DNA from: an uncultured virus (IMG/VR IMGVR_UViG_3300030019_000018)
Lineage: Duplodnaviria; Heunggongvirae; Uroviricota; Caudoviricetes; Crassvirales
IMG/VR virus record: IMGVR_UViG_3300030019_000018
DNA length: 64,000 bases
Reading direction: 5' to 3' (one strand)
Of the stretch, positions 1 to 12,200 are shown piece by piece; within the stretch, counting starts at the first letter, position 1; every line of letters starts with the position of its first letter. Both the position numbers and the translations under genes were made by a program. The notes under the pieces are model-generated. The model had not been told where the DNA came from, did not search any database, and worked only from the letters and a program-made list of their open reading frames with translations.

Positions 1-3000
1 TTGCTCTTATAGTATCTTTTTCTATAGCATCTTTAATATCCTGTTCTATGTAACCTTTTTTATCATCTTGTTTATATATTTTATTATTAGTTAAATCTAC
101 AAATAATTTACCTTCTTTATGTACAATTTCAGTGTAATTAGGTTCATTAGTACCAGTTGCTGTAGGTACATTTGAATTACTTGGGGTAGTTTCATTAGTA
201 TATTTAGGTAACTCTGCTTCTATTTTACTACCATCTGATAATATAGGATTAATGAATGGATAATTAGCTACAGTATTCAATCTATCTGTATTAGCAGTAA
301 GAATATTTGCTTTAACTAAATAACTATTATAAGAAGGAGTATTTAATTCATTAGCATTTACTTGATAATGAAATCCATAAGATTGTAATAAAGACATCAA
401 ATTATCTATATTCTCATCTATAGATTTAGATGAATCTATTTTATATTGCTTAGTAATTTCACTACCATCATCATTTTGAAGTCTAAATTGAATAATTTCA
501 TTAGAAGTTTTATTTTTGTTTTGATCCCAATTACCTTCTTCATCTGTATCTAAAGAGAATGAATTTTGTTGTATTTTATCAATAAAGAATTTATCTTCAT
601 CAAAGTATAAAATTTTTCTTAATTCCCCTTTTAATCCTCCATTTGTTCCAGTAATATCTGCACCATTTACTACATTTTCTAATACTTTTCTAATATTAGC
701 ATTAATAATAGACATATCACTAGGATTGAAAGAACTGTCAAAATTTTTAGTTCTAACCATTAAAGGGTAATATTTATTATCCCCCCCTTTAATAGCTAAA
801 TATAATCTACCATTATTTAAATCTTGTGGAGAAATAAATTGTAGATTTGAAGTATTAGGAACTTTAAATTGATTGCTTGTTATTATACCAAATTTTAAAT
901 TAGAATTTACTATACCATTAGAATTAACAACTCCATTTACTTCATTTAAATTATTATCTTCCTTAGTAATTTTTAATCTACCTGGTTCAACACTTCCTAC
1001 TGTTGTAGTTTCATCATGAACATAAAATTCTTTTTCTGAAGGATTTAAAGAATCATATTTTTCAATAATTCTCCTTCTTAAATCTGACATACCTATATAT
1101 TTATCAGATATAGACTTTTTATCAGAAAGTAACCCTAAAATTTGATACTTATCATTAGCCCCCGTAGAATTTTTATTTTCTGTAGCTATTAATATAGGAG
1201 AGAATTTTTCACCTGTAATTTCTTTAATTTCATTATTAATAACAAAATATATCTTATCACCAGGTTTTAATTTTCCTTCATTTACGTAAGCAAAAGCACC
1301 ATTTTTTTCTAAATACTCATATACTTTTTCTAAAGAAGGAATTGCTTCTGCTGTATTTTTACTAAAATCCCCTTCATTTTTAGGAGTGATAGGATATTCA
1401 GATATAGTAGGAATCCAATATTTTAGTAATTCTTTGTTATTAGAATCTTTACTTACTTCTTGTAATTTTGTAGCCTCTTTAACTTTTAAATCTTTGTTTA
1501 AAACTGTAGTTTCTTTGTTTACATCCTCTTTAGTAGTTTCTACAACAGGAGTAATAGAAGTTTTAACAGGTTTAACTGTCTCAGTTTCAGTTTGTGGAGT
1601 TAATACTTCAGCATTTGCTTTATTTTTTCTACTATTATTTATAGTGTTAATAGCTTGAATTACATGTGTTTTAGCACTATTTAAAGTAGTATTATCATAA
1701 GGTTGTCCATTATCATCTAATTCTAAATCTTTATTATAATTCCTATTATTAATATCTGCTATGTCTGTATTTTCATCAGCATCCTTAAAAGTTCTATTAA
1801 CTAACCTTTTAGCTAGTTCTGTAGATTCATCTTGGGGTTTATTACTTATTATAGAGTTTAATGAATCTCTAGTATTTTTTTGTTGCTGATAAATTTTACT
1901 TAATGGATGCTCACTATCTGCTAAATCTTTTACTATACTTTGTTTTAATTTAGGATTTTCAGAATCATCTACATTATTTAAATTATCTTTATATTCTTGA
2001 TAATTTTGAGAATTAGTAAGTTTATCTTTTATAACTGACTGATCTTTATCTTTTTTGATTATATTAGCATCTTCAGTTTCTTTTGCTATATCTTTATCAA
2101 GACTTTGAGGATTATATAAATAACCATTATATTTATTTAAAAAATCTATTCTATTCTTAACAATTCTATGTAAATCTTCTATTTGTTGAGATTGTTCTTG
2201 AAATTTACCTTTTAAAAGAGTATTTTTATTTACAGCATCAGATAGTCTATTAAGATTATCAACCATAACATTTATACCTCTTTTATCTGTTTTATTATTT
2301 AATCTTTCTACTTGATTAGTAAGATTTGTAGCATCTTTTACAGATTGCTCATGTAATTGTTGATGTGATTGAGTTAATGCTTGTAATAATGCTAGTGGTG
2401 AAGAATTTAAAGATTCACTTATAGTATGAGAATTACCTAATTCATCTCTATATTCTATATCTTTTAAAGTACTATCAGTAATACTTTTTTTAAGATCTTG
2501 ATGTATTTGTTTAAATCTATCTTCAAGATTATCAACATGGCTCATCATATAGACCATTTCATCTAACTTATCACCTTTAAAATTGTCTCCTAATTGAGTA
2601 GTAAGATTAGATGCTAAGGTTCTATATTTATCAATAGATTCTTTATGATTAGTTGCTTGTTTTTTAACAAAATCTTTTATTTCATCATCAGTTTTACCAT
2701 CAAATACACTTTTACCTTCTTTGTCTTGTACTTGCTGTTTTATAATAGGTAAATCTTCATCTTTAATACTAGATGCAGAATCAATCATATTATATAGATC
2801 TTGGATTCTTCCTGCCCTATCAAACATAATAGCAGCATTCACTAAAGAAGCATGTTCTGCATTTTTAAAAGAAAAATTATCTTTATTTTTTGCAGCTTCA
2901 TCCATTTGATTATCATAATATTTATTTCTAGTTATTCCATCTAAATAATTTTGTAATTTATCATTATTTAATGAATTATTAATATTACTTGATACTTCAT

Positions 3001-4675
3001 TTGCATATTCTACATTTTCTTTATTTTCTCTCATACCTTCAGCAAAACCTCCAGTACCTTGTAATCTCCATTTACCTTCAGCATTTTTATGTAATGTTGG
3101 TAATCCAATACCACCCATTATGCCTCCATAAAAGAATTGTTCCCATTGCTTTGGGTCTGAATAAGTTTGTTTAATTCCTTCTCCTAAAGCATTCCAACCA
3201 TTCTCCATATCAGAAGTAGCATCTGGATTTATTTTAGCACCATAAAAAGAATTTATTTTAGCTGATTGTTGTAATCCTGCACCTGTAGAAATAGATTGTT
3301 GCATCATTTCTTCATTTCCCTCAGAAAGTATATTTTTAATTCCACTTCCTAAAATATCTTTAGCAGTTCTTTTATTTACAGATGTAGAAATTAATTTACC
3401 TGCCTCATTTAATTCTGGGGTAATATATTTAGAAGCAGTAGAAGCAGCAGTTTTGTATCCACCACTTAAGAATTTTCCAAACTCTAACATATTACTTAAT
3501 GTTAATAGTACCATATTACCATTAAATATATTATTTCCCATATCCATAGCTCTTTTTTCTACTTCTTGTCTTAAAGGATTAAATTTTTGAGAAACTAAAT
3601 CATTAATATGTTGGGAATAACTATCTACAGAAACTCCTTCTTGTTGTGCTTGTACTTGTGCAACTTGTTCTAATTGTTGTCTATATTGGCCTTCTTGTTG
3701 ATCTATTTGTTGATTTTGTAATTGTTTCCAATCATTAGTATTATTTATAGCTTCAAATCTAGCTTCTCCTTGTGCTCCTAAGGCTGCACCAGTTATACCT
3801 TTAGTCCAACCCATAGCAGCAATACTTTTAGCATTTTTAGTTGCTGTAGAAGCAATATCTGCACTAGCCATAGTAGATTCTCCACTATATAATTTTTCCA
3901 TAGTAGAAGCAATCTTAGATTCATCTGCCATTCCAGTGAATAAATCTCTTACTACCCCTAATTTAGAACCTAATGCTCCTATACCTGCTCCAAATATAGC
4001 ACCAGCTCCTAAAGCACCAACTGTAAATCCTACTTGATCTGCTAATTGATTAAATACATAAGTGGGAGATAATAAATTTTTATACCAATCTCCATTTGAT
4101 TCATTATTTTGTTGTTTATCTGTTTCATAAAAAGGAATATAATCTTTAATACTGTTTTGTATACCTACCATAGCTTGTGAAAATGGATTATTTCCTGCTA
4201 TTGCAGAATAACCATTTGTAGGTGTTGTACCTGCAGCAACAATTAATCCTAAAGTATTATCTAAAAAAGTAGTTCCTGCTGTAACTGTTCCTTTTATAAT
4301 ACTACCTCCAACTTGGTCATACCATGGTTGTAATTCACCTCTAGTATTTCCTAAATCTTCAAGTTGACTTCTATTGGTAATGCCTTTGTCATATTTAGAA
4401 GTACCTACACCAGTATCTCCAATAAATTCTGTAGACCCAGGTAAAAATTGTTGGTAATAATGCCCAGGATCATACTTAGCAGATCTAAAGGATTTTTCAA
4501 GATTATTATTTACATCTTGTAAACCTGGGACATCTTTTAATTCATCTGGTAATTCAGGTATATCTGAAGTTACAATTCCTTTAACTTTTCCTCCTTTTTT
4601 AGGAATATTAGCATGTACTCCAGATAAATCTGTAGACATTTCTCCAGTAGAAGTATTTATATATTGTTTTGCCAT
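1..4675 (-). CDS. Giant virion cargo (ejected) protein, 3' end beyond window; probably part of the virion RNA polymerase/cargo set
   Basis: Not in the ORF track because it has no stop in the window. ATG at 4675 (MAKQYINTSTGEM...), and the same frame is still open at position 2 (>1550 codons if uninterrupted). N-terminal Gly/Ala-rich hydrophobic stretches. Lies downstream of the cargo genes, as in crAss-like phages. No RNAP catalytic DxDGD motif recognised in the visible part. Confidence 0.7.
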   Translation of the reverse strand, partial: MAKQYINTSTGEMSTDLSGVHANIPKKGGKVKGIVTSDIPELPDELKDVPGLQDVNNNLEKSFRSAKYDPGHYYQQFLPGSTEFIGDTGVGTSKYDKGITNRSQLEDLGNTRGELQPWYDQVGGSIIKGTVTAGTTFLDNTLGLIVAAGTTPTNGYSAIAGNNPFSQAMVGIQNSIKDYIPFYETDKQQNNESNGDWYKNLLSPTYVFNQLADQVGFTVGALGAGAIFGAGIGALGSKLGVVRDLFTGMADESKIASTMEKLYSGESTMASADIASTATKNAKSIAAMGWTKGITGAALGAQGEARFEAINNTNDWKQLQNQQIDQQEGQYRQQLEQVAQVQAQQEGVSVDSYSQHINDLVSQKFNPLRQEVEKRAMDMGNNIFNGNMVLLTLSNMLEFGKFLSGGYKTAASTASKYITPELNEAGKLISTSVNKRTAKDILGSGIKNILSEGNEEMMQQSISTGAGLQQSAKINSFYGAKINPDATSDMENGWNALGEGIKQTYSDPKQWEQFFYGGIMGGIGLPTLHKNAEGKWRLQGTGGFAEGMRENKENVEYANEVSSNINNSLNNDKLQNYLDGITRNKYYDNQMDEAAKNKDNFSFKNAEHASLVNAAIMFDRAGRIQDLYNMIDSASSIKDEDLPIIKQQVQDKEGKSVFDGKTDDEIKDFVKKQATNHKESIDKYRTLASNLTTQLGDNFKGDKLDEMVYMMSHVDNLEDRFKQIHQDLKKSITDSTLKDIEYRDELGNSHTISESLNSSPLALLQALTQSHQQLHEQSVKDATNLTNQVERLNNKTDKRGINVMVDNLNRLSDAVNKNTLLKGKFQEQSQQIEDLHRIVKNRIDFLNKYNGYLYNPQSLDKDIAKETEDANIIKKDKDQSVIKDKLTNSQNYQEYKDNLNNVDDSENPKLKQSIVKDLADSEHPLSKIYQQQKNTRDSLNSIISNKPQDESTELAKRLVNRTFKDADENTDIADINNRNYNKDLELDDNGQPYDNTTLNSAKTHVIQAINTINNSRKNKANAEVLTPQTETETVKPVKTSITPVVETTKEDVNKETTVLNKDLKVKEATKLQEVSKDSNNKELLKYWIPTISEYPITPKNEGDFSKNTAEAIPSLEKVYEYLEKNGAFAYVNEGKLKPGDKIYFVINNEIKEITGEKFSPILIATENKNSTGANDKYQILGLLSDKKSISDKYIGMSDLRRRIIEKYDSLNPSEKEFYVHDETTTVGSVEPGRLKITKEDNNLNEVNGVVNSNGIVNSNLKFGIITSNQFKVPNTSNLQFISPQDLNNGRLYLAIKGGDNKYYPLMVRTKNFDSSFNPSDMSIINANIRKVLENVVNGADITGTNGGLKGELRKILYFDEDKFFIDKIQQNSFSLDTDEEGNWDQNKNKTSNEIIQFRLQNDDGSEITKQYKIDSSKSIDENIDNLMSLLQSYGFHYQVNANELNTPSYNSYLVKANILTANTDRLNTVANYPFINPILSDGSKIEAELPKYTNETTPSNSNVPTATGTNEPNYTEIVHKEGKLFVDLTNNKIYKQDDKKGYIEQDIKDAIEKDTIRA

Positions 4676-4680
4676 ATTAA

Positions 4681-6543
4681 TTATTTTTCAAATCCTTGTC
4701 CACCACCTCTTCCAGTTTCTGGATATTCTGTATAAGTATCTGCTCCAGTAAAAAATTTAGCTAAATTATCATGTGTAAAACTACTATTTAACTCTCCTGC
4801 TCTTAATGCTGCAGCTTTTCTAGTTTTCATATTATACTTGGGACTATTTGCAACTTTTATTAAAGCTCCTATTCCATTATTATCATCATAAGTATTTTCT
4901 ATATTTTTTTTCAATATCACATTACTAGGAACCCATTTAAACATATCACCATTTTGATTAGTAACTATTAATCCTTTATTATTAGGATCTGATTCAATTC
5001 TACTTAAATTACTTCCTTTATCTTTATTATACCCTTTTTCCCAATCTTTAACACTAGCGGTTTCATTATTAGAAGTATTAAATCTATTATTTACTTTTAT
5101 TAATCTCCCATTTCCTTGTAGTAAATCATTAGTAATATCTTGATTAGTATTTTTATATCCTGAATCTGTTAATTTTACTTCATTAGTATTATAAAGTTTT
5201 TGTTGAACATCTTGATAGTCATTCAATAGATTACGTCCAGTTCTAAAATCAGTATTACGTGTATATCCTGCATTTCTTAAATGATTAGCTTCATCATCTG
5301 TTAAAAATTGATTATTTCCACTCATATAATTATATTTGCCATTATTAGTATCAATTTGTTTTTGTATATTAGCAGGTAATTTAGCCTCATTTCCATATTT
5401 ATCTAATAATACATGCATTTGTTTATGGTCACTTGGATTAACTCTTATACCAACATGTACACCAGGTAGTATATTATTTTTTTGAATTTCATCAACTGTT
5501 TTATTATAATTACTTAATCCATTTTTTTGCCATTCTTTATAATCTTCATACAATTTCAAAGGATTAGATTGTGCTTTAGATCCCCATGCTTGAGACAATG
5601 CAGATCCATCTTTATCATATAATTTATTTTTTAATCCTTGTATTTCCTTTCCTACAGTAGTATCTATTCCCATATGAGTTAATATTGTTGGCATGTTACC
5701 CTTATCCTGTTCTATTTGTAATTGTCTTTGTCTATTAAATTCTCCTTTAGGATCTTTTTCAAATCCTACTTTATCTGGTCCTATAGCATGAGTAAGTTCT
5801 GAATTAATATATCCCATTGCTCTATCTTTTTGCTTATCCCAACTTCCCCAATTTGTCATACCACTAGATTGTATAATCTTATCTATCTCTCCTTTTACAG
5901 TTTGCATGATAGGACCTTGTATATTACCATCTAAATAGGCTTTTATCATTCCTGTTGTTGCACCATAATGTTCTACATACCTATAATAATCAGGATTTTC
6001 AGTTCTTAAATGAGGATTATTTGCTAATTTTTGAGCTAAAGGAGATAAAGCATCCACAGTTTGTTTTGCTAATAACGTTCCAGAATAAGTTGGAGTGGTA
6101 TAATTAGGATTAGCTATAAATTTACTTAATGCTACTTGTCCTAAATCAACATCATTCATTAAAGTAGGATCTTGCATTTTTAATTTATTTAACTCTGTTG
6201 CTGCAACTTGCCTATCTTTATAAGCTGTTTCAATAGGAACTATAGTATTAGAATAACCAGCTTTTAATTGTCCTAGTTGTTGTCTAGTTATAGGAGTTAA
6301 CCCATTAACCATTAAATTATTAGAAGCATCTTGTAACTTAGTTAAATATCCTTGATATTGTTGTTTTAAATCTGCATCATCTGTATTATTTAATTTATTC
6401 GCCCACTGTTCCGATAAAGTATCTAATTGAGCTTGTTGATCTTCTACATCTCTATGTGCTTCTGTAGCTTGTTGAACAGGAGCTAACATTTCTTGATAAC
6501 TTATAGGATTAAATTGTGATCCTACATACATTGAACCTGCCAT
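4681..6543 (-). CDS. Virion cargo/ejection protein (crAss-like)
   Basis: 620-aa ORF with N-terminal 'SQFNPISYQEMLAP' and a coiled coil; lies between the C1-like cargo gene and the giant cargo gene. Confidence 0.6.
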   Translation of the reverse strand: MAGSMYVGSQFNPISYQEMLAPVQQATEAHRDVEDQQAQLDTLSEQWANKLNNTDDADLKQQYQGYLTKLQDASNNLMVNGLTPITRQQLGQLKAGYSNTIVPIETAYKDRQVAATELNKLKMQDPTLMNDVDLGQVALSKFIANPNYTTPTYSGTLLAKQTVDALSPLAQKLANNPHLRTENPDYYRYVEHYGATTGMIKAYLDGNIQGPIMQTVKGEIDKIIQSSGMTNWGSWDKQKDRAMGYINSELTHAIGPDKVGFEKDPKGEFNRQRQLQIEQDKGNMPTILTHMGIDTTVGKEIQGLKNKLYDKDGSALSQAWGSKAQSNPLKLYEDYKEWQKNGLSNYNKTVDEIQKNNILPGVHVGIRVNPSDHKQMHVLLDKYGNEAKLPANIQKQIDTNNGKYNYMSGNNQFLTDDEANHLRNAGYTRNTDFRTGRNLLNDYQDVQQKLYNTNEVKLTDSGYKNTNQDITNDLLQGNGRLIKVNNRFNTSNNETASVKDWEKGYNKDKGSNLSRIESDPNNKGLIVTNQNGDMFKWVPSNVILKKNIENTYDDNNGIGALIKVANSPKYNMKTRKAAALRAGELNSSFTHDNLAKFFTGADTYTEYPETGRGGGQGFEK

Positions 6544-6546
6544 ATC

Positions 6547-9183
6547 TTATTCTCCTGAATTATTATAATGTTCTTGTAATTTCTTTAATGCTACTTTAGG
6601 ATCTTTAATTCCTGTAGCTTTCATATAATCTTGTACTCTATAAGTTGTATTTCCTGTTCTATCTGTATTGTAATACCAAGCAGGGTTATTATTTATAGCA
6701 TTTCTTTGATATGCTTCTACTCCTATATTTCCAATACTATTAAATAAATTAGTAACACCTGCACTTTTAGCTTGGTCATATTGAGAATCAATCTGCTCTT
6801 TAAGTAAAGCAGATTTAACTTTATTTTCAGTATTAATTCCTTGAGCCCAATTACTTTGTTGAGCATTAAATTGATTAGTACCTCTATTAAATGTACCTAC
6901 TCTTTCTTTTTCTGCATTATTATATTCTTCAGATTGTCTAGCTAAATTACCTAATCCAGTGTTATATCCATAATCTGCTGCTAAAGTATTTGCAACAAAA
7001 TTAGCTCTATTTCCTCCAGAAGCATCTCTAGTTGCACTTCTAGTTGCAGCATTATTTTGATTTAATTGATTAGTATAATAGTTTCTATCTAAAGGATTAA
7101 ATGCTAAATAATTATTTATATTAGTTCCTGCAACTTGAGCATTTCCAACCTCTGTAGCATGAGTGTAATCTTTTTTATTTCCTAATAATCCTAATACATT
7201 TCCAACTATAGGAGCATATCTTAAATCTGATTCATTTAACCAAGGTTTTTTAGTATTAGTTGTTGTAGAAACAGTTTTACTATTTAAAGGTAAAGCACTT
7301 TGTTTATAATTAGTACTTGCTAATATAGAATTACTATTTGGATTAGTTCCTCCTGTATAATCAGAAAATCTAAAGTTATTATTATTTTGTGGGTTTAAAC
7401 TAGGTAAATTCATAGAGTTATAATTCCTATAATCTTCCTCAGGATTTTCAGTTTCTATAGTTAAACTATCTTCTATTTTTGGATCTCCATAACCATAAGT
7501 GCCTTTAGCAAATGTAGGACTTATAGTTAATTGATTACCCTTTGCAAATATATTTCCACCAAAAGCCATTTCAGAAGACATATTTGGATCTACTGATTGT
7601 TCTTGTTGTGGTTGTTGCATAGGATTACCTTGTTGTTGAGGCTGCTCTTGTGGTTGCCCTTGAGGAACTTGTCCTTGAGTTTGTTGAGGTAATTGTACTC
7701 CTAATTTAGAAAGTTTAGCCATTAGTTTAGCAGCTTTTTCTGCTTTTAATGCATCTTGTGCTTGTTTTAATTTACCCATAGTATTATCTAATCCTTCTTT
7801 ACTTATAGGATCATTAGGTCTTTCTTTAGATTCTTTAGATAAAGATTTAGCTATATCACCAAATGTTTTATTTTTATAACTAGAAGGTAATCCTACACCT
7901 TCTAATAAAGATTGTGAAGGACTTAATCTATTAGAATAAATATAATTATTATATTTAACTTCTCCTTCTTCAACTAAATTAGGTTGATTATCTGGAGCTA
8001 TTCCTTGTTGTATACCATCATTAGGATTTTGTTCATGTGTACCTCCAGTATTAAACTCTGTTACTCCATTATTAAATGGTACATAGCCACCTTCTCCAAA
8101 TAAATTACCCCCGTTTGCAAATCCTTTTATATTTTGTGGAAGTGTAACTTGTTTACCTGCTTTAAAGTTATCTGCATTAGAATTATACCATTCATTAGCA
8201 GTGTTTTTATCTGGAAATAACTTATATATATCTATAGGAACTGCACTGCTTCTTGAACTTTTATTACCTATAAAATTAAAACTCATAGGATCCATTCTAA
8301 CTGTAGGAGTATTTCCTGTATAAGTAGTATCTGCAGAATTAGAAGTACCATTTACTGCCCTTTCTTGACTATAAATGTCTTTATATTGAGAATTGTTTAA
8401 TCCTGTTAATGATTGATATGCACTTTGGGTAGAACCATCTTCCATTAAATGTCCTCCAATAGCAAATACATTATCAGGAAATAAAGTACCTCCATCATCA
8501 TGTTTATGGTCCCAGTGAGAAGCATTTTGAGCAAATATTGCTCTTTTTCTTGTTAAAGTATTTTTACTATGTGTTAATTCTTCTGTACTTTTACCTGTTC
8601 TAGCTTTTAAAGCATTAAATTTACCTTTATTAGTAGGATTAATATGTATATTTCCACCTTGTGAGAATATATCTCCTCCAAAAGCATTTGTATTATTATT
8701 TAAACTTTGCATCAAATTATTTTGTTGAGATGAAGTTGCAGCAGTTTGAAAATTTTCAGTGTTAACTCTATTAGCTTCTTCTGCTGCTTTTTTCTTTTTA
8801 TTATTGCCAAATATAGAGGTTAATAATCCCGTAGCTCCTCCTATTACTCCTCCAATAGCAGTACCTATACCAGGAACTATAGATCCTATGGCAGCACCAC
8901 TAGCAGCACCACTAGCAGTTGCTCCTAAAGTATTAGTTGTTTGTGCTTTTATTGTGCCTGGATTAGAAGCTAATATACTATTAGTATCTGTAAATTGATA
9001 TTGATTAGCAGTATATTTAGGAGTTTGTAAATTATTAATTCCTTGCCCAATTAAACTTGCTGCACCAGAAGCTGCTGCTCCCCAATTAGTATTTGCTTGA
9101 GTAGATTTATTTCCAGTAACTACTGTATTTAAAGTATCTCCTTCTGCAAATACATGTTTATATTTTATGTTTTTTTTCTTCAT
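6547..9183 (-). CDS. Cargo protein C1-like (glycine-zipper membrane segment, Q/N-rich)
   Basis: 878 aa; GASGAAIGSIVPGIGTAIGGVIGG glycine zipper; 'GGTHEQNPNDGI...VEEGE' motif; FxxGG repeats; immediately downstream of the muzzle gene. Confidence 0.7.
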   Translation of the reverse strand: MKKKNIKYKHVFAEGDTLNTVVTGNKSTQANTNWGAAASGAASLIGQGINNLQTPKYTANQYQFTDTNSILASNPGTIKAQTTNTLGATASGAASGAAIGSIVPGIGTAIGGVIGGATGLLTSIFGNNKKKKAAEEANRVNTENFQTAATSSQQNNLMQSLNNNTNAFGGDIFSQGGNIHINPTNKGKFNALKARTGKSTEELTHSKNTLTRKRAIFAQNASHWDHKHDDGGTLFPDNVFAIGGHLMEDGSTQSAYQSLTGLNNSQYKDIYSQERAVNGTSNSADTTYTGNTPTVRMDPMSFNFIGNKSSRSSAVPIDIYKLFPDKNTANEWYNSNADNFKAGKQVTLPQNIKGFANGGNLFGEGGYVPFNNGVTEFNTGGTHEQNPNDGIQQGIAPDNQPNLVEEGEVKYNNYIYSNRLSPSQSLLEGVGLPSSYKNKTFGDIAKSLSKESKERPNDPISKEGLDNTMGKLKQAQDALKAEKAAKLMAKLSKLGVQLPQQTQGQVPQGQPQEQPQQQGNPMQQPQQEQSVDPNMSSEMAFGGNIFAKGNQLTISPTFAKGTYGYGDPKIEDSLTIETENPEEDYRNYNSMNLPSLNPQNNNNFRFSDYTGGTNPNSNSILASTNYKQSALPLNSKTVSTTTNTKKPWLNESDLRYAPIVGNVLGLLGNKKDYTHATEVGNAQVAGTNINNYLAFNPLDRNYYTNQLNQNNAATRSATRDASGGNRANFVANTLAADYGYNTGLGNLARQSEEYNNAEKERVGTFNRGTNQFNAQQSNWAQGINTENKVKSALLKEQIDSQYDQAKSAGVTNLFNSIGNIGVEAYQRNAINNNPAWYYNTDRTGNTTYRVQDYMKATGIKDPKVALKKLQEHYNNSGE

Positions 9184-9187
9184 AGTG

Positions 9188-9219
9188 TAAAGATATTATA
9201 TAATTATTAAAAAAACAAT
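9188..9219 (-). promoter_or_regulatory. Bacteroidota sigma-type promoter (variant -7 box TATCTTTA, -33 ATTG)
   Basis: Minus-strand ATTG-N20-TATCTTTA, ending 4 nt before the ATG at 9183. Confidence 0.55.
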
Positions 9220-9277
9220 ATACTTAGTAAAACACTATGTTAAACAAAGTTGATTACTAAATATATTGTTAATATTT

Positions 9278-12200
9278 CTATAAAGTGTAATTTACATTTA
9301 AATCATGTAACACTTGTCTATTATTAGTAGTAGCATTATTAGTTATTTTTAAATATGTCCAAGGGTTTCTTAATCTATCCATTCCTAGGATTTTATTAGA
9401 ATCTCCTAATCTACTTGTAGTAGTAATAGATGTTACTCTTGGTATATTAGCTCTCCATACTCTAAATTTTTGTTTTAAATTGGCAGGATATAATTGAATA
9501 TCATGTAAATTACTTTCCCCACTTTGATACTCATTCCACACAGATAATGTATCAAATGTACTTCCAATTATTAAATTACCTAAACTATCAAAAATATCAG
9601 ATCTATATTCAATATTATTAAATATTTTATCTTTAGGCATATCAGGATTTACAATGTAAGTAATGTAATAAGGTTTATTTTGACCATAAAATGAATTATA
9701 TAGTCCTTTGTTTTGTTTCCATATATTTAATTTAGTTGTAGTATCATTATATATTTTATTAATAGAATAAAAATCACCTTTGAATGTAAACATAAAGGGG
9801 ACTTTTTCATAACTATAAAAAGAAGTAAATTGTCCCATAGTTTCTGAATAAACTAAACAAGTGTCTTTATTAGTAAAATATACATCATTATTAGTTATAT
9901 CATAAAATCCTCTAAATGTACCAAATGTAGTTGGAGTCCACGATTCTTCTGTAGTATCTATATTATTTAACCATGAAAAAAATCCTAGGTCAGATGTTAA
10001 ATTTTTAATTTGCCCATTAAATAAATAGATACCTGTAGAAATATTATCTATGAAATATAATCCATTTGTGGATTCAGCAATACTCCATTTGTTAGAAGTA
10101 CCTATCTGAGATGATAAATATCTAATTCCTTCTACCTTTCCACTATTAGCAATTTCTATAGGTAATCCAGTAGTAGAGTTTATTTGTACATTACTATTGA
10201 ATAGAATTTGAAATATACCTCTATCTTGAAAGCCTATTAAAGTATTATTAAAAAGTTTTAATGCTCTTAGATTACCTAAAACACCATTACAGTCTAAAGT
10301 AGAAGCAAGTGTTAAGTTAGTCCAAGTATCTATAAATTCTCCTGCAATTTTTGTCTTACTATAAGTAAAAGAATTAGGAAAAGTATCAATATTGAATAAA
10401 TCATAATTAGGTATGTAGTAATATTGAAAATTATTACTTTGATCATACACTTCATTTCTTTTATTATAATCACCGTATTGAGGCATTAATGTAGATACTG
10501 AACCTCTATTTTTAGAATATATAGCATCTAAGTTAATAGAAGTTTCACACATAAAACTAAGTATTTCTGTTACAGTTTGAGTATTATCATTAGACAAAGG
10601 ATAAGTTTTTAAACAATCAAATCTTTGATAATAACTATCTCCAAAAGATGTTATAGTTATATTACTAACAGAAGAATCTATATTAATAGAAGGGCCATTA
10701 GGAACCCATTTATTATTTTGTAAAGCCTCTGTAGTATTACCTCCAAATCTATTTATTACATCTTCATCTTCTCTGTAAATTTCTCCTAATAGTAAATAAG
10801 AATCTAATGCTCTTAATGAAGTACTACCATCATTTACATACTCATTATCTATATGTAATTTATATTGTGAGATGTTGAGAGTATCCGTACCCCAAAATGG
10901 TTTTATATCTCCATTTGTATATTTTCCATATACATTAGCAAAAGACTCCTTATTAAATGTTACATATGGAGCTATAAATTGAGAATTAGTTGTTGATTGT
11001 AATTGTATTACTGCATGAGGGGATGATTTATATTGTATAGGTATTGGATCTGTATCACCATCAGGCACTGTATCTACAAATTCTGGAGTATTAGTACCTG
11101 CTTTAGTACCCCAATACTGTCTTCCACATATTACTGCTTTATCTACATTACCTGAATATACTGTTCTATTTAAACCATTAAATTTTCCTTTTAATAATAA
11201 AGGCACTACTTCTGAATTATTAAAATAATCTATTGATATATTATCATTATATTTTACTATATTACTATCTGTAGTGTATAAATTATAAAAACTATTTCTA
11301 ATATTTATTAAGGATTTTTTACTTATTTTATTATGTAGAGTATCTGCTGCTGACTTATCATTACCAATACAAAGAGTTCTATGCCAAGGATATGCCACAT
11401 GATTAACTGGAGTTGCACTGGTGTTATAAGCATTAGAATCATTCCAACATGCTGTAGCTAATTGCATACTACCTTTAATACCAGTTTCTAAACTATTAGT
11501 AGGACTTATTGTACCCACTGGGGTTTTTATAAAACCAACACCATATTTACTACATTGTAATGTAGAAGTTGTTAAATATGAATTAGAATCACTTGAAGTA
11601 ATAGCTGATATACCTATTACTCTAAATTTTAAATTTTTTAATCCAGAAAGATCAGGTAAAGTTTCATAATATAATTCTGGTGTATGTAAAGTTAGTATAT
11701 TTTGATCTACAAAAAATATTTCTTTTCTTGTAATGTCAAAAGTATCAATGGGTGTACTATAATATTTTGAACTTCCTAGTATTTCACAATTATAATTTAA
11801 GTACATAGGTAATGAACTTCCATGTTTGAATACACTATATATTCCTGAATACATATTATTATATTCTACATATCGTGTACTTTGTAAGTTCTGAAAATGT
11901 TGTCCCCCCATTACAGGTCTAAAAAACCAAGAAGAATAAGAAGCAGGTAAATTATTTTTTCTATCCACCCCATTATATACTGTAGGGCATATTATACCTT
12001 GAGTGATAATACTTTTATCTTTAAATTCTGGGTATACAATAACAGGTCTAATTCTTGATACTTTATTTTTTAAAGAATCTGGAATAGTAATATTTAATTT
12101 AGCAATAATTGTACTATATTTAACAGTACCATCGTTATTTTCTAGATAAGTAGAATTTGGTAATACATCCACTTTTTTATCTCCTACAAAAAAAGGCTCT

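Noticed and set aside
1..4675. Firm call as the catalytic virion RNA polymerase
   Set aside because: No catalytic motif was recognised in the visible part, and the gene is truncated by the window.
7590..7700. CAA-rich repeat in the cargo gene
   Set aside because: It simply encodes a Q/P-rich linker.
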